Positions 22,980-36,776 are shown, numbered from the whole stretch's first letter. The stretch is 63,943 nt of DNA, filler included, from Octopus bimaculoides (GCF_001194135.2; 8 parts of 7 records of this genome joined end to end with filler, not necessarily neighbours in it), one strand, 5' to 3'. Program-made: numbers and translations. Notes: a model not told the origin generated them from the sequence alone.

Positions 22980-25581
22980 GCATGTGTATATGTGCACATA
23001 TATGTATGTGTGTGTGTTTATGTATGCGTATGTATGCATACATGTATAACGTCATCGGTACAGTTTTCGTCAATAAAATAGCACTTATTGGCCAACCAGC
23101 CCGAGGCAATTTTAAAAGACACTAGCCATAGTAGCTGCGCAATGGAATCAAACCCCAAACGGCATTGGTAGTTGTGATGCGAACTCCGAAGTACAGAGCT
23201 CGTTCTGCATCCGTACACTATATTAGACGCAAATATATTTGCAATACGGAACAAATGTGACCTCATCATTCAAATCGAAAATCGATGTAATACTACCAAA
23301 ATGAATTTTACTAAAAGTTGATAAAGCTATGTTTGCCACTATCTTCCTAAAATAGATAACAGTGATTGCGCTTATATCAACTTTCGAGAGTCTGCAACGC
23401 ATCAGTAAACATCACTAAGCCACTACTAATGCATCTATGCATTTTGGTTTGTTGACTCAACTACTTGCGATACTTGCTCTATCTTTGTAATCTGACGAAT
23501 TTTCCTGGTCATACCATCTTACTTTCCCTTGACATTTTGGATAAATACTTATTGTTCCATCTAGCTCATCTCATATGTTCAACATAACTTCGATCAACTC
23601 TTCAACATCTTTTATGATACTCTATTTCCTTCTACCCAATGCAATTAACTGTTTCATACAAAACAACAGGCATCGGAATTTCGTTATGTCATGTTGTGTG
23701 TATGTGTGTGTGTGTGTGTGTGGGGGGACTTTGTTATTTTAAACTCTTCCATTACTTATGCTCAAAGTAGCTGGAGTTTTGCGCTTTCAAAATAGTACTC
23801 CAGTTTCTATTGCTATTACACTTTTCTATTGTCACCATTCTCATCAATGGTATATTATTTACTAAAGTGAACATAAAAGCCTAAGAAAAAGTTATGTTGA
23901 TAATATCACTTTGAACTTTCTTACCAAGCCACAATTTTCAATGACAATTATCTGTTGCAACTTGGTCTCAATTTGAATACTTTTGTTTGACACAATCAGT
24001 TATAACTCCTCATGGCCTACTTTTTGGTTATTGTTATTTTCAATGTTAATGGCAAATTCGTACCCTGCTCTGTCTTGTGACTGGCTGCAACATTTTTAAG
24101 AGTCGGTATGGGTGACAGTATAGGTGGAATATTTCAATATCTCTGTGTACCTGACACTATGGTGGTGATGTTATATATAAATCCTTCAGTTGAGATTGTG
24201 CCTTACATTTTCCTTTGGAATTTATCAGTTCTCTAGTTGATGCATCACCAATAATTTATTAGAGGTGTGAGATGATAATGTGTATTAGGTGAATAGCGGC
24301 GAAGCAAGATTAATTCAATCGAGAAACTCGAAAGGGCTTGGTAGACTCATGTTTAGAAGCATTGTATTCATGGATACTTTCTTCTTATTACATTTAATGA
24401 ACAATAGAGTCATTCGTTACTTATTCAATCTCGATTATTCATAAAGCTTTTACATTTGTGATATGATAAAGAGGCGGTTGTACATTGAAGCATTTCCAAA
24501 CGTTATTAATAGCAAGGGTAATCTTAAAAGGTATCAATCTACATATACCAGTATTGATGTGTTTTCTTAGCTGATAAACATAGGTTCAGTAATTTGGGAG
24601 AACCAAAATGAGACAGTGTGATATTCAAGGTTTTATAAAAGGTGTTAGTGGTGTAAGCTTGCGGAATAGGTTTCACATTGAAAATTGAAACCACCGCGGA
24701 GTATTAGCTTTCCAGTAATTTAGTTCTTGCTAAATGACAATGCGATGTAAAGCAGAAACTTAAATGAGACAACCATGATAATGAAATGTATTTGTTTACC
24801 GAATATTTTAATAAAAATATCAAGAAAACAATTGCAAGTATAAAGCAGGAAATTAAGACAATACATCAATCGTAATTAAACGGAATCAATAATAAATTAA
24901 GAACGTTATATCAAAGCAGTCTGTAGCAGCAAAGTCACGCTTATAAAATGCGGTATCTAATATAAATAATAAATATATTCAATCTTTATCAGGAATCATT
25001 CGAAGATTACTTAAAATAGTGAATTTCTATGCAGCACAATAAAGATGACTGAAAATTCCATTAAATATTATAAGTGGCGAAGAACTGTCCAACAGAACAA
25101 TAGTCGTAATGATGAAATCGAAATACAAATGTTTTATGTAGCTAGTCTAGTTCATAACCTTAAGATACGTTCGAACATTTGTTGAAACCATACGTGTACT
25201 TTGCTCTCAAAATACACTTGAGGTAAGAATAAAAAAAATGTTATTTTGTTCTGTAAAATCATTCGAAAATTATAGCTACTGGCAAATGTTCTAATTTGGT
25301 AATGGAAGCGATATAATTACTAAATTTTTATTTTATCAGAATATTTTAAAATATATAATGACAGTAAAAAAAAAAGAATATATATATATGTGGGTCAAAA
25401 ACAGTTCAGAAAGCTTACTAAATAATGGTGCAGATGAAATAAATCATCTTTACTATAAACAATTTTAGTGTAGAGTAAATACTGGAGTCAGAAGAATAAG
25501 GTGAGCGACTGCATCGGCAGCAATAAATCAAAAGAAGTGTTTCAGGAATTTAAAAAAGTTAAGTTGCCTGTTTGTTTCTAG

Positions 25582-25763
25582 GATTACATGGAAAACGAGT
25601 CCTTTTCTTTTTTAAATGGTAGGTTGCGTTTTCGACGGGGGTTCGGCTGCTTCGTTTCTTCTTTTTCGAGGGACGTGATCCCGAAATGCTCGACTCTCTT
25701 CATCTCACAGATGATAAACTTATTAAAAATTCCACCAACTCCTCGTATTTGGAATCCAGATAA
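25582..25763 (+). CDS. Candidate micro-exon (25582-25618) plus terminal exon (25711-25763)
   Basis: gtttgtttctag|GATTAC...AAATG|gtaggt, a 92-nt intron ending catctcacag; spliced DYMENESFSFLNDDKLIKNSTNSSYLESR*. Signals only, no homology recognised. Confidence 0.22.
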
Positions 25764-26516
25764 TGATATATTAGTGTTAATGCATGGTATTAATTTGATA
25801 GTGTATAATGTTAGCAATCACCCCACCTAATAGTGAAATAATTAATAGGATAATGAAAAACATTTTACGAGATATTAATTTGCATATCGGTATTAATATG
25901 AATATCGAATAAGTGAACGGGCACATCATTAGGATCTATTATGTGTGAATTTAACTCATTGGAAATTAACGTATGTACAAGTGATTGCAACAAATGTTGA
26001 GGAAATAAGTGAATGGAAAAGAAACATTGCTAAGATGATGTGTTATTCTCACAGAGTATAGATAAGTGGTTAGAAAATGATCAATGGATCATTAATATTG
26101 ACAGAATACCCCAGCTTATACGAGATCAACAAAGCAGCCTCAGACCGGTTGTTCGTCATCTAGAAATAGCAGCTAAATCATCATCTGAATACAATCTTTT
26201 AAAAAGAAGAGAAAATGACATGAGATAATGTGGTACTACTAACACAATATCTGAAATAAGATTGGGCTGGCCTGTCTGGAATGATCATAAGTCGGTGATC
26301 AGAAGTCTGTGGTCATAAGTCTGGTAGATCAGAGATGATCTAAGTCTAGTCTTTATTGACAATATTCCTTTAAATAATGTTTGCCACTGAACTACTATAT
26401 TCATTTGGAAATGGCTTGTCGCTATTGTAATGATTGAGATCGAACGCGTGAATTCCTTATCAGTTTCTGTAGATGGAATTAGTTTCTGCTAATGCTAATA
26501 ATCAGAGAGAGAGAGA

Positions 26517-26550
<34 letters not shown>

Positions 26551-27935
26551 CGAACTAGCCGAGGCGCAGAACGTCGGAATAGCTTGCAGTATTGCAGTGT
26601 TTTTCCCAGCAGTTTCCTTTCTGAGTTAAAATCCTGCCTAGGTCAACTTCGTGTTTTGTCCTACCAGAATCGACAAATAAAGAACCAGTCAAATACCGAA
26701 ATAAATGGTATCGTCTAATCCCCACCCACGCTTCAAAATATCCAACCTTCAACCCAAATCAAATACCATTATTCACACGATATGTGTGTGTGCGTGTGTT
26801 CATGTGTGTGTATGTGTGCGTGTGTGCGCGTGTGTGTGTGTGTGCGTGTGCGTGTGCATGTATGTCTGTATGTATGCGTGTGTTTTTTCTTGAAATGGAT
26901 GTGGGANNNNNNNNNNNNNNNNNNNNNNNNNNNNNNNNNNNNNNNNNNNNNNNNNNNNNNNNNNNNNNNNNNNNNNNNNNNNNNNNNNNNNNNNNNNNNN
27001 NNNNNNNNNNNNNNNNNNNNNNNNNNNNNNNNNNNNNNNNNNNNNNNNNNNNNNNNNNNNNNNNNNNNNNNNNNNNNNNNNNNNNNNNNNNNNNNNNNNN
27101 NNNNNNNNNNNNNNNNNNNNNNNNNNNNNNNNNNNNNNNNNNNNNNNNNNNNNNNNNNNNNNNNNNNNNNNNNNNNNNNNNNNNNNNNNNNNNNNNNNNN
27201 NNNNNNNNNNNNNNNNNNNNNNNNNNNNNNNNNNNNNNNNNNNNNNNNNNNNNNNNNNNNNNNNNNNNNNNNNNNNNNNNNNNNNNNNNNNNNNNNNNNN
27301 NNNNNNNNNNNNNNNTATATAAGCATATTTATATATTTGTAGATATGTATGATGTTAGCGAGTGTGTGCATATATATATAGATGTACGTTTAAACACATT
27401 TTACACATATATATATAACCGTATTGAACCAGTCAGATACCGAAATAAATGGTATCGACTACGGACAATTAACTTTTGTTGGTCTCGTCACGATTAACTG
27501 GCAGGAAGCAATCAACTCTTCCTGCAGATAAAATATGTGTAATAATCGCGCACCCAAAACTCAAGCAATCTAACACGTAAGCCAGCTTAAAAGGAAACGC
27601 CTATTCTTGTGTTCTTTCGTTTAAAACCGTTGGTTTTCGAAATGTTAAATTAAGAAGTCTTATTGACATGTTTTAATGCGTGGGTGCATATCTGCATATG
27701 AGTGCATCTATGTAAGCATAAATCTATATGTATACATGTATGTATATAATATTTTTTTATATATATATATACACATACACACATATGTATATGTGTGTGT
27801 GGTGTGTGTGTGTGTGTGTCTATGAGTGTTCACAGGTGTATATGTATAGTCAACAGATGAGATCCAGAGATTCTCAGTATAGAGACACTAAGTAGTGCTC
27901 AAATGATTCAAACTTAGATTTCGATGTCTTTACAG

Positions 27936-28013
27936 GGAGATCAATTCCGCAGGATAAAGAAAGGCTATAAGATGGCTCAAGTTGAGCAGATATGGAGGCA
28001 ATTATGCGGATAA
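27936..28013 (+). CDS. Candidate terminal exon
   Basis: gtctttacag|GGAGAT... reads GDQFRRIKKGYKMAQVEQIWRQLCG*; no homology recognised. Confidence 0.22.
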   Translation, partial: GDQFRRIKKGYKMAQVEQIWRQLCG

Positions 28014-29129
28014 ACAATTCAGATATATGTATATAGGTATACATGCAAAACGAGAGAAAGCAAAAAATGGAGACTTTGAGACGATGAATATTTAAGTATA
28101 AATATATAGATATTTATATTAATAGATCCAACTTACAGAGTACAAATGACAGAGAAAATTAAAAGGGAGGAAGAAAGGTGTTATAAGTTCACAACTATTT
28201 CTGGGGGCTCGGAGACCTAGCATGATGTTGGTAGATGCAGGTCATCACAATTTGCGGCCGTAATGGAAGCAATCAACATTGGATAAATCAAAGCCTCTGT
28301 CATCACGTAAGAAAAGATCTTACATTTCAGATCGAGATGTGTATATGTATGCCTCTGCAATGTTGCACGCAAAAAGCAACACCCGCATACACACTCATTG
28401 ATCTTAAAAAAAAACATTAATTTAAAGTATTACTTGAAAGTACCATTTTGGAAGATAGCATAAACAACAGCACATTCGCATGATTTCAATTGTATGGAGT
28501 TTATGATGTTTATAATAATATTTCTATGAGAACCAGAAATGCAATCAAAAGAGCTAGACTGAAGCAGCCGTTTTTGAACGTGATTTTCGCAAAGATTTTT
28601 AAACAAAAGAACATAAGGATAAGTATTTTCTTCAAACATTCACTTCATATTTCAAGAAAATATTTAGAGAGAACATTTGAAAAGAAAACCTGGCTCTGTT
28701 TGCCTGTTGATGATCGGAAACAAGTAACGCATTGGTGTTGAAAGCGGTGCCTTTCAGTTTTTCAGCATTAAAGAATACTCCACATTTCTATTGAGATCTG
28801 AAATTTATCGCTTCTGGTGAATCAACACACACACACTCACACACTGACACACAACCACACGCACACACACACACACTCACACACTGACACACAACCGCAC
28901 GCACACACACACACACACTGACACACTGACACACATACACACGCACACACACACACATTTATTGTCAATGTATCATGTATCATATATTCTAAAAAGAAGT
29001 ACACTCTAAAACATAGAGCAGTAATAAGAGTAATAAGTCTATGTCCGGTCATAGAGCGACTAATGGTTTCACATTCATAAAGGGCTTAGCCCCATGGACG
29101 GCTTGTCAGACTTTAAAGCGGGAGACAAA

Positions 29130-29658
29130 TATCAGGTCACTCCATAAGTTCTGTTCAAATTCTGAATAAAGAAAACAAGTGATCAAATATTATATTTAAT
29201 TGAAATTTAATCATCAATGTCCTTTCCCTGATTATCTATGACTTCCTTCCATCTATTTACAAGCTTTTTAATCCCATCAATGTAAAACGCTTTTCGTTTC
29301 AAAGCGAAGATCCCTGAAATGTCAGTTTCGACCTCTTCCTGGCTTGCGAAAGTTATGTCCCCAAATGATTCTGTAAACAAATGGTAGTCTGAAGGAGCAT
29401 AGCCGGGAGAATAAGGTGGATGAGGAAGTTTTTCCAAATCAAGCTCTTCGATCTTCTGTGATGTGATCTTTGCAGTGTGGGGTCGCGTATTGTCCTGATG
29501 AATCATCACTGCCTTTCGATTCAGTAAAGCGGGTCTTTTTTTTTCAAAGCTTGGTTCAAACGCTCTAATTGCTGACAGTAGACCTGAGCATTGATTGTTA
29601 CATTAGGTGGTAACAATTCAAGGTGAATTACTTCTTTGCAATCCCACCAGATAGAAAG
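29130..29658 (-). mobile_element. Mariner transposase pseudogene, 3' half plus TIR (5' part in gap)
   Basis: LSIWWDCKEVIHLELLP...HQDNTRPHTAK...LPHPPYSPGYAPSDYHLF...RWKEVIDNQG; TIR-like TATCAGGTCACTCCATAAG at 29130. Confidence 0.92.
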
Positions 29659-30510
29659 NNNNNNNNNNNNNNNNNNNNNNNNNNNNNNNNNNNNNNNNNN
29701 NNNNNNNNNNNNNNNNNNNNNNNNNNNNNNNNNNNNNNNNNNNNNNNNNNNNNNNNNNNNNNNNNNNNNNNNNNNNNNNNNNNNNNNNNNNNNNNNNNNN
29801 NNNNNNNNNNNNNNNNNNNNNNNNNNNNNNNNNNNNNNNNNNNNNNNNNNNNNNNNNNNNNNNNNNNNNNNNNNNNNNNNNNNNNNNNNNNNNNNNNNNN
29901 NNNNNNNNNNNNNNNNNNNNNNNNNNNNNNNNNNNNNNNNNNNNNNNNNNNNNNNNNNNNNNNNNNNNNNNNNNNNNNNNNNNNNNNNNNNNNNNNNNNN
30001 NNNNNNNNNNNNNNNNNNNNNNNNNNNNNNNNNNNNNNNNNNNNNNNNNNNNNNNNNNNNNNNNNNNNNNNNNNNNNNNNNNNNNNNNNNNNNNNNNNNN
30101 NNNNNNNNNNNNNNNNNNNNNNNNNNNNNNNNNNNNNNNNNNNNNNNNNNNNNNNNNNNNNNNNNNNNNNNNNNNNNNNNNNNNNNNNNNNNNNNNNNNN
30201 NNNNNNNNNNNNNNNNNNNNNNNNNNNNNNNNNNNNNNNNNNNNNNNNNNNNNNNNNNNNNNNNNNNNNNNNNNNNNNNNNNNNNNNNNNNNNNNNNNNN
30301 NNNNNNNNNNNNNNNNNNNNNNNNNNNNNNNNNNNNNNNNNNNNNNNNNNNNNNNNNNNNNNNNNNNNNNNNNNNNNNNNNNNNNNNNNNNNNNNNNNNN
30401 NNNNNNNNNNNNNNNNNNNNNNNNNNNNNNNNNNNNNNNNNNNNNNNNNNNNNACACACACACACACAAACAGACACACACGCGCGCGCCAGCGCGCGCA
30501 CACAAATACA

Positions 30511-30902
30511 TTCTTTTATTGGTTTCAGTTATTTGACTGCGGCCATGCTGGAGCACCGGCTTTAGTCGAACAAATCGACCCCAGGACTTATTCTTTGTAA
30601 GTCTAGTACTTATTCTATTCGTCACTTTTACCAAAGCGCTAAGTTACAGGAACGTAAACACACTAACATCAGTTGTCAAGCGGTGATGGTGGGGGAGGGG
30701 GGAAAACACTGGCACACAAACATATATACATATATGTATACGATGGCTTCTTTCCGTTTCCGACTACCACTTCCCCTCACAAAATTTTGGTCGGCTTGAG
30801 ACTGTAGTGGAAGACACTTGCCCAGGGTGCCACGCAGTGGGACTTAACTCGTAACCATGTGGCTGGGAAGCAAGCTTCTTACCACACAGCTACGCCTGCG
30901 CC
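30511..30902 (-). mobile_element. SINE family A, full length
   Basis: Tail gactgcggccatgctggagcaccgg through head ggaagcaagcttcttaccacacagctacgcctgcgcc. Confidence 0.9.
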
Positions 30903-31574
30903 TATATACATATGTTTATAAACATACGTGTATATATGTTTATAGACGTATATTTGTCCTTATATATATTGATATAAGAGTATATGTAAGCCTGAAGATC
31001 TATACCTAATTTACCTCTCAATCTAATTACATATATGTGTACTTTTGTGTTTGTCTGTACATGTATGAATGTATATTTCGTGTATACAAAGAAAGCTGGT
31101 GTATTTCTCTGTATACGCATATCTGTATGTATATCTGCATATACCGTTCACCTGCCTCATTTGTTTCTTCCTTTTCTTGTCGATCTATTTTATTTTTATT
31201 TTCTTTCTAGATTTTTTGTCTTTTTCTTCTATTTATTATTTCCTATTCTGTTCTATTTCAACTCGCTTCGAGTATATTTTTACTTTGATTTAACCTTTCT
31301 TCACTCTATCGCCTCACCACAAGAGTATAGGTGTTTTTCATACGTGAATATATATGTGCGTATACGTGTGACGGTCTGCGCACGCGTGTGTATGTATATA
31401 TGTACGTGTTGGTGTTTGATACATGGCTATGATTGCCCTGAACGCCTGTGGTTCTTTGTCTGCGATTACCTTTCTGACGCATCCTTCCCCTTGCCACACT
31501 TCGTCTATCACTAATGATCTCTGTTCATTCGCCATCGCCCCAACCAGCACCAACACGTCCACTCACACAACCAT

Positions 31575-31735
31575 CTACTGAAGGCGCGAGAGTTTGGTAA
31601 AGTGTTTGCTTCTAAATCATATAACTTCGGGTTCGGTCCGACTGCGTGGCACCTCGGGCACGTGTCTTTTGTTATAGTCGATCAAAGCTTTGTGAGTGAA
31701 TTTTGTAGACTGCATTTGAAAGAAGCCTGCTACGC
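31575..31735 (+). mobile_element. SINE family A, 5' half
   Basis: aggcgc..ggtaaagtgtttgcttc..cttcgggttcggtccgactgcgtggcacctcgggc. Confidence 0.75.
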
Positions 31736-31956
31736 ACACACACGCGCGCGCGCGCGCGCAAAATCGCAAAAACACTAACGCACACCCACTTTATATACAT
31801 ACGTCTTTATTAAATACTATAAAAATACTAGATTAAATATTATTAAATTACGTTTTGTAGTATTTAATACGTTTTGTAATATTTGATGCATTTTTCATTT
31901 ATTGAGCAACTGAACGCCACGCATTCCGACTTTTGTTATGCATGTACGTACGTACG

Positions 31957-31987
<31 letters not shown>

Positions 31988-32146
31988 TTACGTATGCATG
32001 TATGTATGTATCCATCTATCTGTGTGTCTTTGTGTTAGTATCTGTGTGTCTTTGTGTTAGTATCTGTGCTCCCACTGCTTAACACCCCATGTTGATTTCT
32101 TTACATCACTGTAAAATTAGCGCTTAGGCAAAAGTGTCCGATTAAA

Positions 32147-32367
32147 TTGTTGTTGGCACTCCGTCGCTTACGACGTCGAGGGTTCCAGTTGATCCGATCA
32201 ACGGAACAGCCTGCTCGTGAAATTAACGTGCAAGTGGCTGAGCACTCCACAGACACGTGTACCCTTAACGTAGTTCTAGAGGATATTCAGCGTGGGCACA
32301 GTGTGGCAGCGGGGTTCGCCACCATCCCCTGCCGGAGCCTCGTGGAGCTTTAGGTGTTTTCGCTCAG
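32147..32367 (-). mobile_element. SINE family C, 3' part (cut by a gap)
   Basis: ttgttgttggcactccgtcgcttacgacgtcgagggttccagttgatcc...cagacacgtgtacccttaacgtagttc; shared with 36098-36385 and 50579-50900. Confidence 0.9.
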
Positions 32368-32467
32368 NNNNNNNNNNNNNNNNNNNNNNNNNNNNNNNNN
32401 NNNNNNNNNNNTTAATTAATTAANNNNNNNNNNNNNNNNNNNNNNNNNNNNNNNNNNNNNNNNNNNN

Positions 32468-32501
<34 letters not shown>

Positions 32502-32735
32502 CATACATATATATATAGAAGTAATACATTTCTAAATCTCTCAGAGAGATTTATGCAGTAGTGATACAATGAAGTAGTTGTATGCCGTCAACTTAATGTG
32601 GTAGTCCCATGAAGGGAATAATACTACTGCTATTTAGCCCTAGGAAGCAGCACCACTTCCTGTCGGCTTTGACACATTTCCTGTGTCCTTATATTTACAA
32701 GGCGGAGACAAGCACCTCTACCCAGCTAAGCCTGC

Positions 32736-32780
32736 ATCTAGAGACTAGTTTCTGAGTCTTTGCTCGTCATCAGTCTGGAG
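32736..32780 (-). ncRNA. Minimal type-I hammerhead ribozyme motif
   Basis: Minus strand: cTCCAGA CTGATGA cGAG caaaga CTCa GAAA CTAG TC TCTAGA. Complete core, GUC triplet, palindromic ACTAGT helix III, 5/6-bp helix I. Confidence 0.7.
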
Positions 32781-35034
32781 TAGCATGGCTGCTAGTTGGA
32801 GATGCCTGTATATATATATATATATATATNNNNNNNNNNNNNNNNNNNNNNNNNNNNNNNNNNNNNNNNNNNNNNNNNNNNNNNNNNNNNNNNNNNNNNN
32901 NNNNNNNNNNNNNNNNNNNNNNNNNNNNNNNNNNNNNNNNNNNNNNNNNNNNNNNNNNNNNNNNNNNNNNNNNNNNNNNNNNNNNNNNNNNNNNNNNNNN
33001 NNNNNNNNNNNNNNNNNNNNNNNNNNNNNNNNNNNNNNNNNNNNNNNNNNNNNNNNNNNNNNNNNNNNNNNNNNNNNNNNNNNNNNNNNNNNNNNNNNNN
33101 NNNNNNNNNNNNNNNNNNNNNNNNNNNNNNNNNNNNNNNNNNNNNNNNNNNNNNNNNNNNNNNNNNNNNNNNNNNNNNNNNNNNNNNNNNNNNNNNNNNN
33201 NNNNNNNNNNNNNNNNNNNNNNNNNNNNNNNNNNNNNNNNNNNNNNNNNNNNNNNNNNNNNNNNNNNNNNNNNNNNNNNNNNNNNNNNNNNNNNNNNNNN
33301 NNNNNNNNNNNNNNNNNNNNNNNNNNNNNNNNNNNNNNNNNNNNNNNNNNNNNNNNNNNNNNNNNNNNNNNNNNNNNNNNNNNNNNNNNNNNNNNNNNNN
33401 NNNNNNNNNNNNNNNNNNNNNNNNNNNNNNNNNNNNNNNNNNNNNNNNNNNNNNNNNNNNNNNNNNNNNNNNNNNNNNNNNNNNNNNNNNNNNNNNNNNN
33501 NNNNNNNNNNNNNNNNNNNNNNNNNNNNNNNNNNNNNNNNNNNNNNNNNNNNNNNNNNNNNNNNNNNNNNNNNNNNNNNNNNNNNNNNNNNNNNNNNNNN
33601 NNNNNNNNNNNNNNNNNNNNNNNNNNNNNNNNNNNNNNNNNNNNNNNNNNNNNNNNNNNNNNNNNNNNNNNNNNNNNNNNNNNNNNNNNNNNNNNNNNNN
33701 NNNNNNNNNNNNNNNNNNNNNNNNNNNNNNNNNNNNNNNNNNNNNNNNNNNNNNNNNNNNNNNNNNNNNCTTTGTGTCTGCTTTCACCGTCACCCCCAAT
33801 CCACCCCACATTTGCTTCCCCCCCTTTTTTTTTGTTTCGCTTCTAAATCTATGTATACTTTGTATACAGTAAGTAGATTATTATTTTGTTGTTTTTGTTT
33901 CTTGGCGGCGCTTTGTTTTAAGCGTGACAGGAGCTGGAAGGCGGCGGCGGCGGCAGTGGGGGCTGGTGTTCGTGTAGGCACCGGACAACGTTGGATAGTT
34001 AAAAGTGGATAAGTGAATGGTAAGATGTTAAGGATAATAATAATATATATATATAATGGAAGTATACAAATGAAAAAAAAAAAAAGGAGAAATTATTATT
34101 TTTGTAAAGTATACTATGGTAAGGTTTGGCTTGCTTTGGTTACATCGCTTCTGAAATATTATTCAGTGACGAACGTCCTAACAACTAGAAGGGAATCTGG
34201 AAAAACTTGGAAACACGGGAAAAATGTTTATGCATGAAGTTGTCCGTTTGTCAGAAAAGCTATCTGGAATTCAACACATTAGTCTTTTGGCAGTTGTCCA
34301 ATTCAATTCATATCGAACAGTTTTCAGTAAGATTCCCTCGACGTTCACTGCTAATATCTTTCGGCTATTTATTTATGTTTTTTGTTATATTGTATTTTTC
34401 TTCTTTTACTTCTTCCTTTCCTTCTTTCTTTCTTTCTTCCTTTATTTTTTTGTTTTATCTTTTGTAGTTGCTTTATTTCATTTCTTGTTTTANNNNNNNN
34501 NNNNNNNNNNNNNNNNNNNNNNNNNNNNNNNNNNNNNNNNNNNNNNNNNNNNNNNNNNNNNNNNNNNNNNNNNNNNNNNNNNNNNNNNNNNNNNNNNNNN
34601 NNNNNNNNNNNNNNNNNNNNNNNNNNNNNNNNNNNNNNNNNNNNNNNNNNNNNNNNNNNNNNNNNNNNNNNNNNNNNNNNNNNNNNNNNNNNNNNNNNNN
34701 NNNNNNNNNNNNNNNNNNNNNNNNNNNNNNNNNNNNNNNNNNNNNNNNNNNNNNNNNNNNNNNNNNNNNNNNNNNNNNNNNNNNNNNNNNNNNNNNNNNN
34801 NNNNNNNNNNNNNNNNNNNNNNNNNNNNNNNNNNNNNNNNNNNNNNNNNNNNNNNNNNNNNNNNNNNNNNNNNNNNNNNNNNNNNNNNNNNNNNNNNNNN
34901 NNNNNNNNNNNNNNNNNNNNNNNNNNNNNNNNNNNNNNNNNNNNNNNNNNNNNNNNNNNNNNNNNNNNNNNNNNNNNNNNNNNNNNNNNNNNNNNNNNNN
35001 NNNNNNNNNNNNNNNNNNNNNNNNNNNNNNNNNN

Positions 35035-35071
<37 letters not shown>

Positions 35072-35569
35072 TGGGAGAGTGTTTGAGTGTGTGTGAGTGT
35101 AAATATATGTATATAACTTTTTGATATATACCTCACCATACCTGAGGAAACTGAGACACACGTTCATTTGCATGATTTCAATCATTAAACTAGAATTAGT
35201 TGTGGCAGATTTTATACCGTTGTTAAATAAGTCTCGCTTATCACCAATTTCCTGGCCCTGAGCAGAACTCGAGTATTACTGCCTCGAGTCTAGCCTCTTC
35301 TTAGCTAATTCTTTCACTTCTGCCTTTCATATATTTGATTTTGTTTCTTTTATGTTTATTAGTAAGTGGCAGGCGAAATTAGACTAGATCTAAATTAAAA
35401 CTTTACAAATACTAAGTAAACATGTTATTTACCTGACTATGAAATACCTTCAAACATACACGCGCATACTTATATCAAGGTGTGCGCGCGTGTGTGGTAA
35501 TGTATGCAAATACGCACATATGTATTTATATTATCCTTTCTAATATATGCTTCAGGCCTGCAATATAGG

Positions 35570-35787
35570 GGGTCTAGTCGACTACATCGATCCGAGTACT
35601 TTAGTTTTAGTAAAATGAATAGACCCCAGTACTTAATGTTTTTTGATCAGCCAGGTACTTATTCTATCGGTCTCTTTGCTGAACCGCTAAGTTACGGGGA
35701 CATGAGCACACCAACACCGGATGTCAAGCGGTGGTGAGGGACAAGCACAGACACAAAAAACACACAAACGCACACAAACACACAGAC

Positions 35788-35828
<41 letters not shown>

Positions 35829-35990
35829 CACACACGACGGATTTCATCCAGTTTCCATGAACCAAATCTACTCAGAAGGCTCTGGTCAGCCCGTGGCTAT
35901 AGTAGAAGACATTTGTCGAAGGCACCAAGAACAGAAACTGAACCTGGAACTATGGACAGCAAGCTTCTTGCCACACAGTCACGCCGGCCT
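35570..35990 (-). mobile_element. SINE family A, decayed full length
   Basis: ggtacttattctatcggtctctttgctgaaccgctaagttacgggg...agcaagcttcttgccacacagtcacgcc. Confidence 0.85.
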
Positions 35991-36097
35991 CTAAAAATAC
36001 TAAAAATACACTGTGCATCGGCCGAGAAACGAACCGGAATAGCCAGATTGACAGGCGAGCATTCTACTACTGAATGTGTGTGTGTGTGTGTGTGTGT

Positions 36098-36385
36098 GGA
36101 GGTGCAATGGCCCAGTGGTTAACGCAACGAACTCGCGGTCGTAGAATCACAGTTTTGATTCCCAGACCAGGCGTTGTGAATGCTTATTGAGCGAAAACAC
36201 CTAAATCTCCATGTGTCTCTGCAGGGTATGGTGGCGAACCCTGCTGTACTCTTTCACCACAACTTTCACTCACTCTTTCATCCTGTTTCTGCTGTAACTG
36301 TATTTCAAAGGGCTAGCCTTGTCACACTCTGTCACGCTGAATCTCTCCGAGAACTACGTTAAGGGTACACGTGTTTGTGGAGTGC
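36098..36385 (+). mobile_element. tRNA-derived SINE family C
   Basis: ggaggtgcaatggcccagtggttaacgcaacgaactcgcggtcgtagaatcacagttttgattcccagacc (A/B boxes) plus family body. Confidence 0.9.
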
Positions 36386-36595
36386 TATGAATTTATTAAC
36401 AACTCAGCGGTAGAACTGTATAACAATGGAGTGAGTAACTGTAATGTAGCGCATAATGATGTTATTTCAAGAATTAATTATGTAAAGATATCAGGAGTGA
36501 ATTCTATCAAATTATACCACTCTGTTACTAACATATTAAGACATACAACAAGGATCATTACGAACGTGTTGGCTTTCTCATTGATAATGCCTTTT

Positions 36596-36630
<35 letters not shown>

Positions 36631-36738
36631 NNNNNNNNNNNNNNNNNNNNNNNNNNNNNNNNNNNNNNNNNNNNNNNNNNNNNNNNNNNNNNNNNNNNNN
36701 NNNNNNNNNNNNNNNNNNNNNNNNNNNNNNNNNNNNNN

Positions 36739-36776
<38 letters not shown>

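Noticed and set aside
31455-31585. Minus-strand segment ending in a good donor (AAG|GTAATC)
   Set aside because: The only acceptor lies inside a SINE head, and all frames from it hit stops.
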